A DNA stretch of 64,000 bases, from contig CM075987.1 of the NCBI GenBank assembly GCA_038087875.1, positions 18,292,001 to 18,356,000 on the forward strand, read 5' to 3'. Shown in pieces: positions 39,736-51,532 of this stretch; position 1 is the first letter of the stretch, and every line of letters starts with the position of its first letter. The position numbers and the translations under genes were made by a program. The notes below the pieces were generated by a model, which was not told the DNA's origin, searched no databases, and was given only the letters and a program-made list of their open reading frames with translations. The stretch is from Malacoraja senta (taxonomy: Eukaryota).

Positions 39736-40249
39736 GTAGAATCTCACTGATCACCGCTGGTTAAATATTGTAAGGCCAGGTGACTGCTGATTTATAATAT
39801 GTAATAACAGTGTGAAAATTATGCTTGCTTGAGAGAAGAAAAGATTGCTATTATGAGAAGGTGATGGAATTGATTTGACAACATGAGCTGATTAATTTGG
39901 ATTTTTGCGAAAGATCAATTTGCATGATTTATACTGTCTTTCTCTGTAGAATGCGATGAGTTCATAGCTAACCGACTGAGGGAAGGAAGTGGACCATATT
40001 TTATGTACAGCTAGTAATATGAAGTGTACTTGAGTGGTTAATTGAGATCCTCAGAATGATCGACTTTGTCGTTCAGTGGCGCTGACTCTCTTGTCACATC
40101 AGAGACACTAGGAACTGGATATGCTGGAATGTTGCATAGAACACGGTGCTGAAGTAACTTGGCAGGTCTGGCAGCAATTCTAGAGGACATTTTTAGGTGA
40201 TATTTCAACTTAGGTAATTTCTTTAGACTCTCATGTCACAGCAGATGGA

Positions 40250-40499
40250 TACAAAAAACTGGAATAACTCAGCGGGACAGGCAGCATCTCTGGAGAGAAG
40301 GAATGGGTGACGTTTCGGGTCGAGACCCTTTGCAGTCTAGTCAGGGGAAAGAGAAACTAGGGATATAGACAGTGATGTGGAGAGATATAGAACAAATGAA
40401 TGAAAGATACGCAAAAAAGTTACAATGATAAAGGAAACAGGCCATTGTTAGCTGTTTGCTACCTGAGAATGGAAACCTGGTGCGACTTGGGTGGGGAGG

Positions 40500-40544
<45 letters not shown>

Positions 40545-40562
40545 CAGAGGTTATTTGGAAGT
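40250..40562 (-). mobile_element. Penelope pLTR fragment (second subfamily)
   Basis: Homologous to the reverse complement of 31560-31750. Confidence 0.7.
40504..40542 (+). repeat. (GA)n microsatellite
   Basis: About 19 GA units. Confidence 0.95.
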
Positions 40563-41089
40563 TACAGCCTTCTTCTTGGGTTGGTGATACTGTTGCAGTT
40601 ATCTCTATGTTCTTTGAGTTGTTAAGTTGGGGGATCAATGTAATACTTTTACAAAGCAATCGGGCAAGCACCGGGTTTAATTTCCAGCCCATTATAACGA
40701 GACCTATTCTTTGACAGCAGTACATGCACTTTTGAGTAAACCCAAAGTAGAACCCAAACCCAAGTGTCTGAGCCAACAAACTCAGGGACTTACCTTGTGA
40801 TAAATGCAGGCTGCCTCTACTTACATGTGCCCCAAGTAGCACTTCACCACCCACTGCTGCATTGTAAAGTTCAGGAATGACTCGTGTGGAACTGTCCCTT
40901 TTTGCAGAGCACAGGGGTACGGCTGTAGAGTTGTTGCATTACAGCTCCAGATAACCAGGTTCAAGCCTGACCACTGTGTGAAGTCCCTCTGATGGCTGTG
41001 TGGATTTTCCCAGGGAACTCGGTTTCCTTCTATATCCCCAAACCTGCTGGCTGGTAGACTAATTACCGTGAATATGAGTGGTATAATCT

Positions 41090-41490
41090 TGTCAAGTCAA
41101 GATAGTTTAATTGTCATATGTACCAACAATGCAATTCTTACTTTCAGCAGTTTAATAGGCCTGTTAATGCAATACACAAACGTAATGTACAAAATTCAAT
41201 AAACTAATCATTGTAATATTTGTGCGATAAAACTTAATGCAACCAGAGACAGTCCATAGAAATGAGTAGATGCTGAGGTTAGTGGTATGTCATGTTTAAG
41301 AGCTGTAAGAAGCTGCTCTTGAACCTGATGGTCACGGTTTGCAGGCTCCTATACCACCTTACTAAAGGTAGCAGCGTGATGAGAGCGTGGCCAGGGTGGT
41401 GCCAGTCTTTGATATCGGTTGCCTTTTTGAGTCAGCACCTCCTTTATCTCCCTTCGATGGTGGGAAGATCAGTACCCGTGATGAACCGGG
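41090..41490 (-). mobile_element. Degenerate Rex1/Babar-like 3' fragment
   Basis: Reverse-complement similarity to 33650-33780; (cttga)n tail. Confidence 0.55.
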
Positions 41491-41510
41491 CAGCAGAACT
41501 ACAATGTGTA

Positions 41511-42008
41511 AAGGGCCTGTCCCACGGGCATGCGACTCCATGAGGCAAGCGCGACCTAACCGCAAGCGGGGCCGTGCGGGGGCCGCGCGGAGGTTGCGGG
41601 CCGGTCCCGCTTCGATCGCGGGAGCTGCATGGAGTTGTGCGGAGCTGGTCCCGACATCGCGCGGGGCTCCGAAAAACTGACACTGTTCAAAAATTCCGTG
41701 CGGCAACGGCCTGCCACCCCGCAGCCGCATTCGAGGCCTTGCGCGCCGCATCGACGGCCGTGCGCACCGCCTCGACGCCGGACGCAGCCGCATCGAGGCC
41801 GTGCGCACCGCCTCGCCGCCGTACGCACCGTCTTGACGGCACTCGACCTCCGCGCGGCCCCCGCTTCCGATTTGGTAGCGCTTGCCGCATGCAGCCGCAT
41901 GCTGGTGGGACCGGCCCTATATGGGGATCATTCGACCTCCGCGCGGCCCCAGCTTGCGGTTAGGTCGCGCTTGCCGCATGGAGTCGCATGCCCGTGGGAC
42001 AGGCCCTT
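41511..42008. mobile_element. Related GC-rich MITE (aagggcctgtcccacggg TIR)
   Basis: Inverted termini of about 75 bp; TA on both flanks; interior homologous to 8175-8706. Confidence 0.8.
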
Positions 42009-43378
42009 TAGAGTAGGATTGGTGCAGAAAATGGGTGCGCTGGTCAGTGCAGACTCAGTGGGCTGCCTCTGAGATGTCTCCCTCTTTATCACTGACGAAC
42101 TGCAGCTTTTGTATCCACTCAGGGGAGAGGCATTCGGCTGTAGTGCAGGGCTCTTAAAAATGCTGGTATTGATTGAGAGCACTGCTATCTTTGCAGGACC
42201 TCTTCCAGTCGTCGCCTCTTCTCCCAGATGACCTTCTCTAGTTTAAAAAAAAAATCACATTTTGCAAGTTTGGCAATGCCGTTTTTTTGAGCACCATGCA
42301 AACCAATTTCTTGACTCCTATCTAATCTTCCACTTTGGAACTAGCCAGTGTGATGGCCTTAAACCATGTGTACGACTGCAATCAACAATGGAGTAGAGAA
42401 GAGATGACTCAAAAGTCACTGCCCTGGAGGCAATGATAATACTGTTCCAAATTTTGCTCTCACTGGTAAAGAAATGGCATTTGGCATTTACCTTGCAGAC
42501 AGCTACCCACAGAGCTTTTATGAGTTTGTCAGCAGAGATTTCCTTTAAACTGATGTCCTTTCCATTGCAGTTCTCTCTGCGTGTAATCTATGGTGTCTGA
42601 ATAGAAAGTTTTGTGAAGGAAAAATAAAATTTCTGAGTCCTTGCTGAGACTGTGTGAGAAAGTATAAATTGTGCTGAAATGACATACGTATTGAGATATT
42701 CAGATCAGGAAACACAGCCTGGATTAATGGAGACTCATAAAAGGAAATGAGGAAAATGTATCTAGGTCAATATCTTCAACACTTTTTTTTAGAAAGAGGT
42801 TGAAACTCCATGGATAACAAAATCATTCTTCAAGGCAAGAGAGGCTGTAATTTACCACACTATTAAAAAGTCTGAAAATATAGGCAGACCTTCCTAGCTG
42901 TATTGTGTGTGGAGCTTGTGGGCAAATTCAAGCATCTCTAGATTTATAAAAGGCTTGCATTAACGTGACATTTTTGCAAATCTCCATAAATCAGAGGCTG
43001 AGTAAAATGGGTATTTTGATATGGTGTTGTCTTGTGGGCAGAGTGTTCCACAATTTATCGTAATAAAAATAGATCAATAAATTGTGGATATCAATGTTGC
43101 AGAGTTAATGGTAGTACAGCAAACATTTGTAAACAGAGGAACTCCTCTATATTTACATCATGCAGTGAATTCATTGCAGGATTTGTGAGTGAAAGCTCAA
43201 ATGTGCAGCCTGTGGAAGAATGGGATATTGTTTAGTGCAAAACCTCCAGTTTTACATTTTCACGTGTATGTGACTATTCTGGAGATTATAAGCGTTCCTG
43301 CATTTAAGTTTTGCTGTTATTCTCATCGTGTATTATACGGTCACGATGTTAACCTTTACAATTCTGTTGATATTCCAG

Positions 43379-43559
43379 AGCCTGTGGAATCCAGCATTTG
43401 GAGAGAGCAGGAGACAATCTGTCTTTTTTCAACTCTCTCTACTTCTGCATTGTCACCTTCTCTACAGTTGGATTTGGGGATGTGACTCCACAGATCTGGC
43501 CTTCGCAACTGCTTGTGGTCATCATGATATGCGTTGCTTTGGTGGTATTGCCTCTCCAG
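43379..43559 (+). CDS. kcnt1: kcnt1 pore/S6 exon: [60 protein letters not shown]
   Basis: tattccag|A ... CAG|gtatgt; 181 nt; K+ selectivity filter TVGFGD. Confidence 0.97.
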
Positions 43560-44293
43560 GTATGTTGTTTATCTGGCCAATGGAACATATATATATCTGC
43601 TATTAACTTATTTATTGACCATATCTGTGCGTGTGTTGAGAGTTTACACCAAGTTAGTCTCATGAAGACTAAACAGAAAATGCTGGTAACGCTCAGCAGG
43701 TCAGCCAGCATCTATGGAAAGCAAAAACCATTGATGTTCCGTTCTTGTATGCACAAAGGGCAATCTCAGAGTTACATTTCTCTCCAGATGGACTGGGTTC
43801 CAGTCTACTCCAGTGGCTCAGCAGGAGGTTTGCTGAAACAAGCCAATTGGATTGGCAACGCAATGTGTAAGGAATTGATGTCGATATATTCTTGGTGAGG
43901 AGCAATGTGATTTATGTTGCTGTGTCAAAAAACTAAATTGCCCAGAAGTCCAATGATGCCAAGAGGTGCCATCACATCTGTGATTATTGCTAGCGAGGAG
44001 TTGTTTGGCAAAGACAGGGAAAATGGTGTTAGGATTTGCATATTGATATGGTCTGCATGCCTGTTAGAACATCGCTTGCTACAAGATTTCTTCAATATAA
44101 GCAAATCAAAATTCTACAAGAAATTGAAGCAAAGACGATGTTACTAATTACTATAAAGGGAATTGCTAGTGTGTACAGTGACCATTTAGACAATGTCACT
44201 GCCTCTTCTGATTTGTGTCGTTGACGAGGTTAGTGAAAGGCATTAGCTGAGTGATTTGCTCTGTCACAGACATTATTTTCTTTCTTACCCTAG

Positions 44294-44533
<240 letters not shown>

Positions 44534-47378
44534 TAGTGGTGTCCAATGGAATGCACCTGCTTTATGCAATTCTCCTGAAGTGAGATTGCTTAAAATAGCT
44601 GTCTGGATCTTCAGTCAGGTAGTGGGAGGTTCAGTATGGTTGGTGGCTCCACACCAGTTGGAAAAACCCTTGACAGCAGGTCTAGACTTGCTCCCCAGCT
44701 TAACTGGTTGTCAAAGCTGCAAACATAAAGCAGTGCAGGATAGGATCAGACCCTTCAGCCCACAATGTCTGTGCCGAACATAATGCCAAGACCAATTACT
44801 ATCTGCCTGTACATGATCCATATCCTTCCATTCCCTGCATATCTATGTGCCTATCCGAAAGTCTCTCACCTTAAAGCTATGCCCTCTCCTACATGATATT
44901 TCCACCCTGGGGGAAAACGTACTGACTGTCTACCCTATCTATGCCTCTCATAAATGATGTACTTCTTTCAAGTCTCCCCTCAACATCTAGGGTTCCATAG
45001 AAAACTATCAGAGTCTGTCCAAACTTTCCCTCTAGCAAACATCTACCCTAATCTAGGCATAATTCTGGTAAATCTCATCTGCACACTCACCAAAGCCTCC
45101 ACATCCTTCCAATATTGGGACGACCAGAACTGCACACAATTCTCCAAACACGGCCTAACCAATGTTCCATAAAGCTGTGTCATCAAAAAAAATTTAAATA
45201 AATGTTTAAACTATGGAAAAATATAAATGATGTAAAACTAAAATACATAAAATTATTTAAAAGCTAAAGCATTTGAAAAAAAGCCTTTTTCAACCAGAAA
45301 GATGATCTTGTGAGTTAAATGCTTACTGTAAATTATCTTTTGGTATATTTTAAAGATATTTGGACAGGTACATGGATAACAAAGGTTTAAGGGGATATGG
45401 GCCAAACATGGGCAGGTGGGACTGGGGAAGATGGGGGATATTGGTTGGTGTGGACAAGTTGGGCTTAAGGACCTGTTTCCGTACTGTATGACTCTAGGTA
45501 TGAGAAAAACAAAGGGGGAGTTAATGAGCATGTGAAAGAGAAAATAGGTTGGAAGGGGACAGGGGAATAAGGAGGGGTGATTGGTGTTGAGCACCTGGAG
45601 GAAACCTATGGTCCAGGGAGAACGTGCAAACTCCACGCAGGCAACCCGGTGTCAGGGTCGAACCTGGGTCTCTGGCGCTGTGAGGCAGCAGCTCTACCAG
45701 CTGTGCCGCCCTGTTGACATTTGCCAAGCCTTTAAATAAAAACAGTTCCAGCTTCAGTTTTTTTTCCCCTTGAAATAATTCTCATAAGACGTGAATTTGT
45801 TTGGAGTTGACTCTAGGTTCTCTCCTCCGAGCATTTTCAGAAATATATTTGTCAAAAGGCTCAATTGAGCAAGGAGCAACAAAGGCCGGAAGTAGGGATA
45901 AAAAATAAATGTAAGGGATTTTTTAGCCATGGGAAAGAACCTTATCAACAGAAGCAGACCAAAAAACTCTCAAGTAGATTTTCAGATAATTTTTAACTGC
46001 TTGATATTTGAAAGGAATATTGAGATGGATACTCCCAATTTAATTTGGAAAGCAGTCAGGAATTTTCTAATGATGGGAAGCAAATTTTGATTTCTGACAT
46101 TAGGAATAAGAAAAAGCTCAGCCTTTTCGCCTCAATACTCTTGTTTCACGCCAATGCTCTACGAGGATCATTTTCAGCTTCCCTGTGTTGCGATGCCATT
46201 TAATGTGACTCTACATCCCTCATCAGTTGAGAGAGAGAATTATTCAGCATGGAAACAGGCCCTTCAACCCAACTTCATGCTGACCATGGTATCATCCTGA
46301 CCTAGTCCCATTTGCACGCATTTGGGCCGTATACCTCTAAACCTTCCCTCTCTAAGTACTAGTCAAAACATCCTGTAAAAGTTGAATTACTGCCACTTCC
46401 TCTGGCAGCTCATTCCATATACCCACTGCCCTCTGGTTGATCTGCCCCAGGCTAAATCTCATTTTCCATAGCCCTCAGTTTCCTGATCCTTCAAAAATGT
46501 ACCTCCTTCTTCAACTGCCCCTGATGATCTAGCCTCTGCAGCTCGGGAGGGCACAGAAACAGACCCTTCAGCCCAACTCACTTGTCCATGCCAACCAAAA
46601 TGCCCCATGCCGACCAAAACGTGCCCCATTTGCCCGTGTGAAGATTTTCTGAGATTCACCCCCTTCGGCAAGAAGAAATTCCTTTGCACTTCATTTATAA
46701 ATGATCACCTCCTGATCTTGTAACAATGTCTCCTCATTCAAGATGGATCAACCTCACCAGTGGAAGCACCTTGGCATCTACCCGTGGATCATATCAATTA
46801 TTCAATATGATCACTCCTCAATTCTTCTATAGTCCCGAGAATCTAGATGCAATTCCTTTCACCGCCTATGACGGGACAATTATCTCATGAGTTACACCAG
46901 TGAATCTCTTTTGGATTGTTTGCATGATCAATGATGCATCTACTCCTGGGGCTGTAGTGAGCACTTTTGTGATGCACAGGGCAATTCATTTCCACAGAGG
47001 GTGATGGGTGCCAGGAACATACTGCCAGGGGTGGAGGTGGAAACGGATATGATAGTAATGTTTAAGAGGCTTTTAGTTCGGAGCGTAGATATGCAGGGAA
47101 TGGAGGGATATGGCTCGCGTGCAGGCAGCGGAGATTAGTTTATCTTGGCATCATGTTCGTCACAGACATTGTGGGCCGAAGGGCCTGTTCCCTTGCTGTA
47201 CTGTTCTATGTAAATAAAATTTTGCTGTACTGTTCTATGTAAATAAAATTAATATATGTTTAATTATGCAAGGATGAAAGATTATTATTTAACGTTAAGT
47301 GTGCTTGATCTGTGTGGATTATTAATTTGTGCTCATTTAACCCGAAGTGGTAATATTGTGTGGAGAAGCTGATGCTGA

Positions 47379-47534
<156 letters not shown>

Positions 47535-50073
47535 TAAGCCACTTTGCCCATATCAATGTGGCGTGCTTCTGTATCTAAAACAGGAGGGAGAAACCCCTTA
47601 TGATACCTCGGGATTATTAACTTAATGACTGTTCAATGTGTCTGATTCATCCACCGTGTCAGGCAGTGAGTTAGAGTCCATGTTAGCTGTGTGACTGTTT
47701 TCATAGCTAACAGTGTGTTGTGCAACAAAGTCAGTTTACCCAAGGGAAAAAAGATCAATTTAAACTGTGTGGTAAACTGAACTGAAGACTAAAACGACAC
47801 AACTCTCTCAATAAACGTAGGTCCACGCAGTGGTGGAGCTGGCAGAACTGCTCTTGATTAGTACAGGTGTCAGAGGTTATGGGGAAAAGGCCGGAGAATG
47901 GGGTTAGGAAGGAGAGATAGATCAGCCATGATTGAATGGTGGAGTAGACTTGGTGGGCCGAATGGGCTAATTCTAATGTTCCTTGTGACCTTATGACTTA
48001 TGATCTTATGAGCTGCTGCCTCATAGCGCCAGTGTCCCGGGTGGAGTTTGCACATTCTCCCTGTAACTGCATGAGTTGTCTCTGGGTGCTCTGCTTTCCA
48101 CATCGCAATAATGTGTGGGTTTGAAGGATAATTGGCCTTTGTAAATTGCCCCTAATGTGTAGGGAGTGAATAAGAAAGTGGGATAACATAAAATTAGAGA
48201 GAACAGGTTATCGCTGGTCAGCGAGGACCTGGCGGGCCAGAGGGCTTGTTTCCAAGCTGTATCTCAGAAAACCCAAGGGTAATTTCTCCAGAAGAGTGCA
48301 ATGATGGTGGGGGATAGTTATAAACAGTTATGTACATAAACTAAATCCCACCTTCAGCAGTTTGGTCACTAGCCTCCAGTCGATGGGTGAATTACCCCAT
48401 CATCCCTGCCCTGCCTGACAGAACTATTGCCACAATATTCACCCTGAGACATACAATACGATACAATACAATTCCTTGGCGAACTTTGGTTTCGTCGGGG
48501 TTTGCTTTCTGATCAATATTTATTGCACGTCCCTTTGGTCTTGTTGAAGACACGTTGCTCTTGGATTTGGAAATTAAGTTAAGTTTGAAACTAACCAATT
48601 CTAAAATATTTTCTGATATGGATCATTGAAGGCACATCTCATATCAATTCGAAACTCAAGGAGAGTGAGTGATGGTAACTGACTGATAGACCTTGGTGGA
48701 TTATGTGAAATAATGCACAATTTTTTTTTAACTTAACAACCGTTCCCAATAGTTCCAGGAGCTCGTGAACACCAGAACAATATCTCCACAAGATTAACAT
48801 GGGAATGCACTGAGAACTTGCATAGAGTTGGTGGGTCAAAGGGTCATAGGAAAATACGAGACGCATTGTCTCACATGGAACATAGATCAGTACAGCACAG
48901 GAACTGGCCCTTCAACCCACATTGTCTAACCCGAACATGATGCCAAATTAAACTAATCTCTGCCTGCATGCAATCCACACCCCTCTATTCCCTGCAGATC
49001 CATGTGCCTATCTAAAAGCCACTTTAGTGCCACTATGATATCTGCCTCCACCACATCTCTTGGCAGTGTGTTTCAGGTCCCCACCATTCCCTGTGGTGGA
49101 AATATACTTGTCCCGCACATCTCCTTTAAACTTTGACCCTTCCACCTTAAAGTTATGCCTGCTAGTCCTTGACATTTCCACCCTGTTTATAAAGGTTCTG
49201 ACTGTCTACCCTATCTACGCCTCTCATAATTTTATATACTATCAGGTTTCCCCCTCGGCTCCAGAGAAACTAATCCAAGTTTATCAAACCTCTCCTTTTA
49301 GGTAATAACCTCCAATCCAGACAGCATTCTGGTAAATGTCTTCTCTCTACCCTTTCCAAAGCCTCCACATCCTTCCTGTAATGGGGCAACCAGCATTGCA
49401 CACAATACTCCAAATGCGACCCAACCTAAGTCCTATAAAGCTGCAGCATGACTTCCTGACTCTCACACTCATTGAGGCAAGAGATGAATGCAGCCAAGGA
49501 GAACCCTCCAGTCTGAATCATGTCACTGCTAATTTACACTTCAAATCAATTTGTTGTATTCATTTCCATAATCCTCGATACATATTTAACTAAACTCTAT
49601 CAGTTGAAAGTTCCCCTTATTTCATGCACCAGTGCTTCCCGAGGGAAGTAACAGAATTCCACCAATCTTTATGTTAAATTCCCTTTCCTTTCCAAATAAC
49701 ATGATTCTAATAAGAAAGTTGTGTTCCCCTCCTCCTGGTTTCCCTCCCACCAATGATCTCTCCGTTTGTTCTACCAAATTATGCTTTCAACCTTCAATAC
49801 ACCAGGGAATCCACCCCAATTTGATGCAATTTATGCATGCAGGAAAATAGAATTGGTCAACGAGAAATCATTCAAAACTAACGTGAGAGCTGGAGCAGAA
49901 TAAAATGTCGCTGTGCCCTTGATGTTGGAAGGTGAGGAGGTTGGTTTATCTAATCTCCTCTGCTTGCACGTGATCCATATCCCTACATTCCTTAGGGGGT
50001 TGATTCACAGGTGTATTGCAGGGTTATGGAATAATTAAATAGCCAACGTGCTTGATGTCTTCCCTTGTCACAG

Positions 50074-50137
50074 GATGGATGACGCAGAAGCCTGTTTCAT
50101 TCTGAGCAGCCGCAATGAAGTGGACCGTACAGCAGCG
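50074..50137 (+). CDS. kcnt1: kcnt1 exon: MDDAEACFILSSRNEVDRTAA
   Basis: tgtcacag|G ... GCG|gtacag; 64 nt. Confidence 0.94.
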
Positions 50138-50447
50138 GTACAGTAACCCCAACAGTGAACTGGGAGGGGGGTTGGGGGATGGGGGGTGGGGGTGGGCTTA
50201 ATACTATGGATGCCTTGGTAAAAGGAAAACTCTACCATAAGTAAAATGTTCTGAGATCAAGCTGATATTTCATCGGTGCCATCTAAATCAAGAATAGAAC
50301 AGGATCGCTAACTCTCGAAGACATATAGAAACTTCATAAGGAGTCTTTCTGTCACCAACTCAGAACCACACGTGTGTTTTGCATGTGTAATTCTTTAATA
50401 AACGAATTTGTTGCAAAAATAATGAAAACAAACACACTTAATATCCC

Positions 50448-50664
50448 GTGTGTAAGAAAGAACTGCAGATGCTGGTTTAAATCGACACAAAATGCTGGAG
50501 TAACTCAGCGGGACAGGCAGCATCTGTGGAGATAAGGAATGGGTGACGTTTAGGGTCGAGACCCTTCTTCAGACTGAAGAAGGGTCTCGACCCGAAACAT
50601 CATCCATTACTTCTCTCCAGAGATGCTGCCTGTCCCGCTGAGTTACTCCAGCATTCTGTGTCGT
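50448..50664. mobile_element. Palindromic Penelope pLTR mini-element, two head-to-head hammerhead motifs
   Basis: 90-bp arms 50483-50572 and 50574-50663; 14-bp TSD acacttaatatccc (50434-50447, 50665-50678). Confidence 0.88.
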
Positions 50665-51138
50665 ACACTTAATATCCCTATAATTTTTCTCCTGGGTTAT
50701 GGCCAGATAATTCATCTTAATTCCTGCAAACTCTACATCAATCCTGCACAATTGGCACTGAGGAAAACATTTTGTACAGGTGCCCTATTCATTGCCGTTT
50801 CATGTTCCCATTTGGTAATTGATTGTTATTTTTGAATATCAATGATTAATTTTCAGGATTATCATGCGAGTAGATTTTAAATACTCTGCGATGAAACTAA
50901 ATAACTTCCATTTGTACTGGAACAAGGATTTTTTACTCCTGCTCTCCCCAGCCCTTGACGTACTGGACAAGGGTAACATTTCATCCATTATGTCCTCAGA
51001 ATGCGAAGATCATTGTCGGCATTCCTTTGACCTTGTGAAATAATGCCCTGGATGTTGCTGGCACTGTCCACATCTGGAATTATTGTCCACCATGGCCCCA
51101 TGCTCACACTTAGGAAGGACAGATGTGGACAAGTTATT

Positions 51139-51532
51139 ATTATCATCATCATCATTGAAAACAGCGTCACAGTGGTGCTGGTTTCCAGCGGGAACAGTGA
51201 CGGACGACCACACATCTGTCCTCCAGTTCCTGCGGACATCCCCCGCTGGAAGTGTAGGATTTTGGTGTGTGTGCTTTATCATTATTCCTTACAACGCTAT
51301 GTACGACAGTGATCGCAACTTCTACTGAAGTGTGGATGGCCGTTGGCTCGCCAGAAGCTCATCTTCCCTTTGACAGGTCTTTTTTTTTGGTCCTGCTGGG
51401 GGTCTGCAGACCCCTCCTCACTTGGCAAACCAGGTGGGGGAGACGGTTTAGTCTCCGAATATCTGACCATGGAGCAGGTAGCACGGGATTACATGGTACC
51501 CGTGGCGGGGGAATCTACCCCCGACCTGACCT
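51139..51532 (-). mobile_element. Bipartite RTE-like non-autonomous element (394 bp)
   Basis: 11-bp TSD gacaagttatt (51128-51138, 51533-51543); (TGA)n tail; structured 5' part shared with 1530-1771. Confidence 0.7.

Noticed and set aside
28691..43378. Search for a duplicated, mutually exclusive pore exon in the 14.7-kb intron
   Set aside because: No TVGxG-like coding remnant was found by eye.
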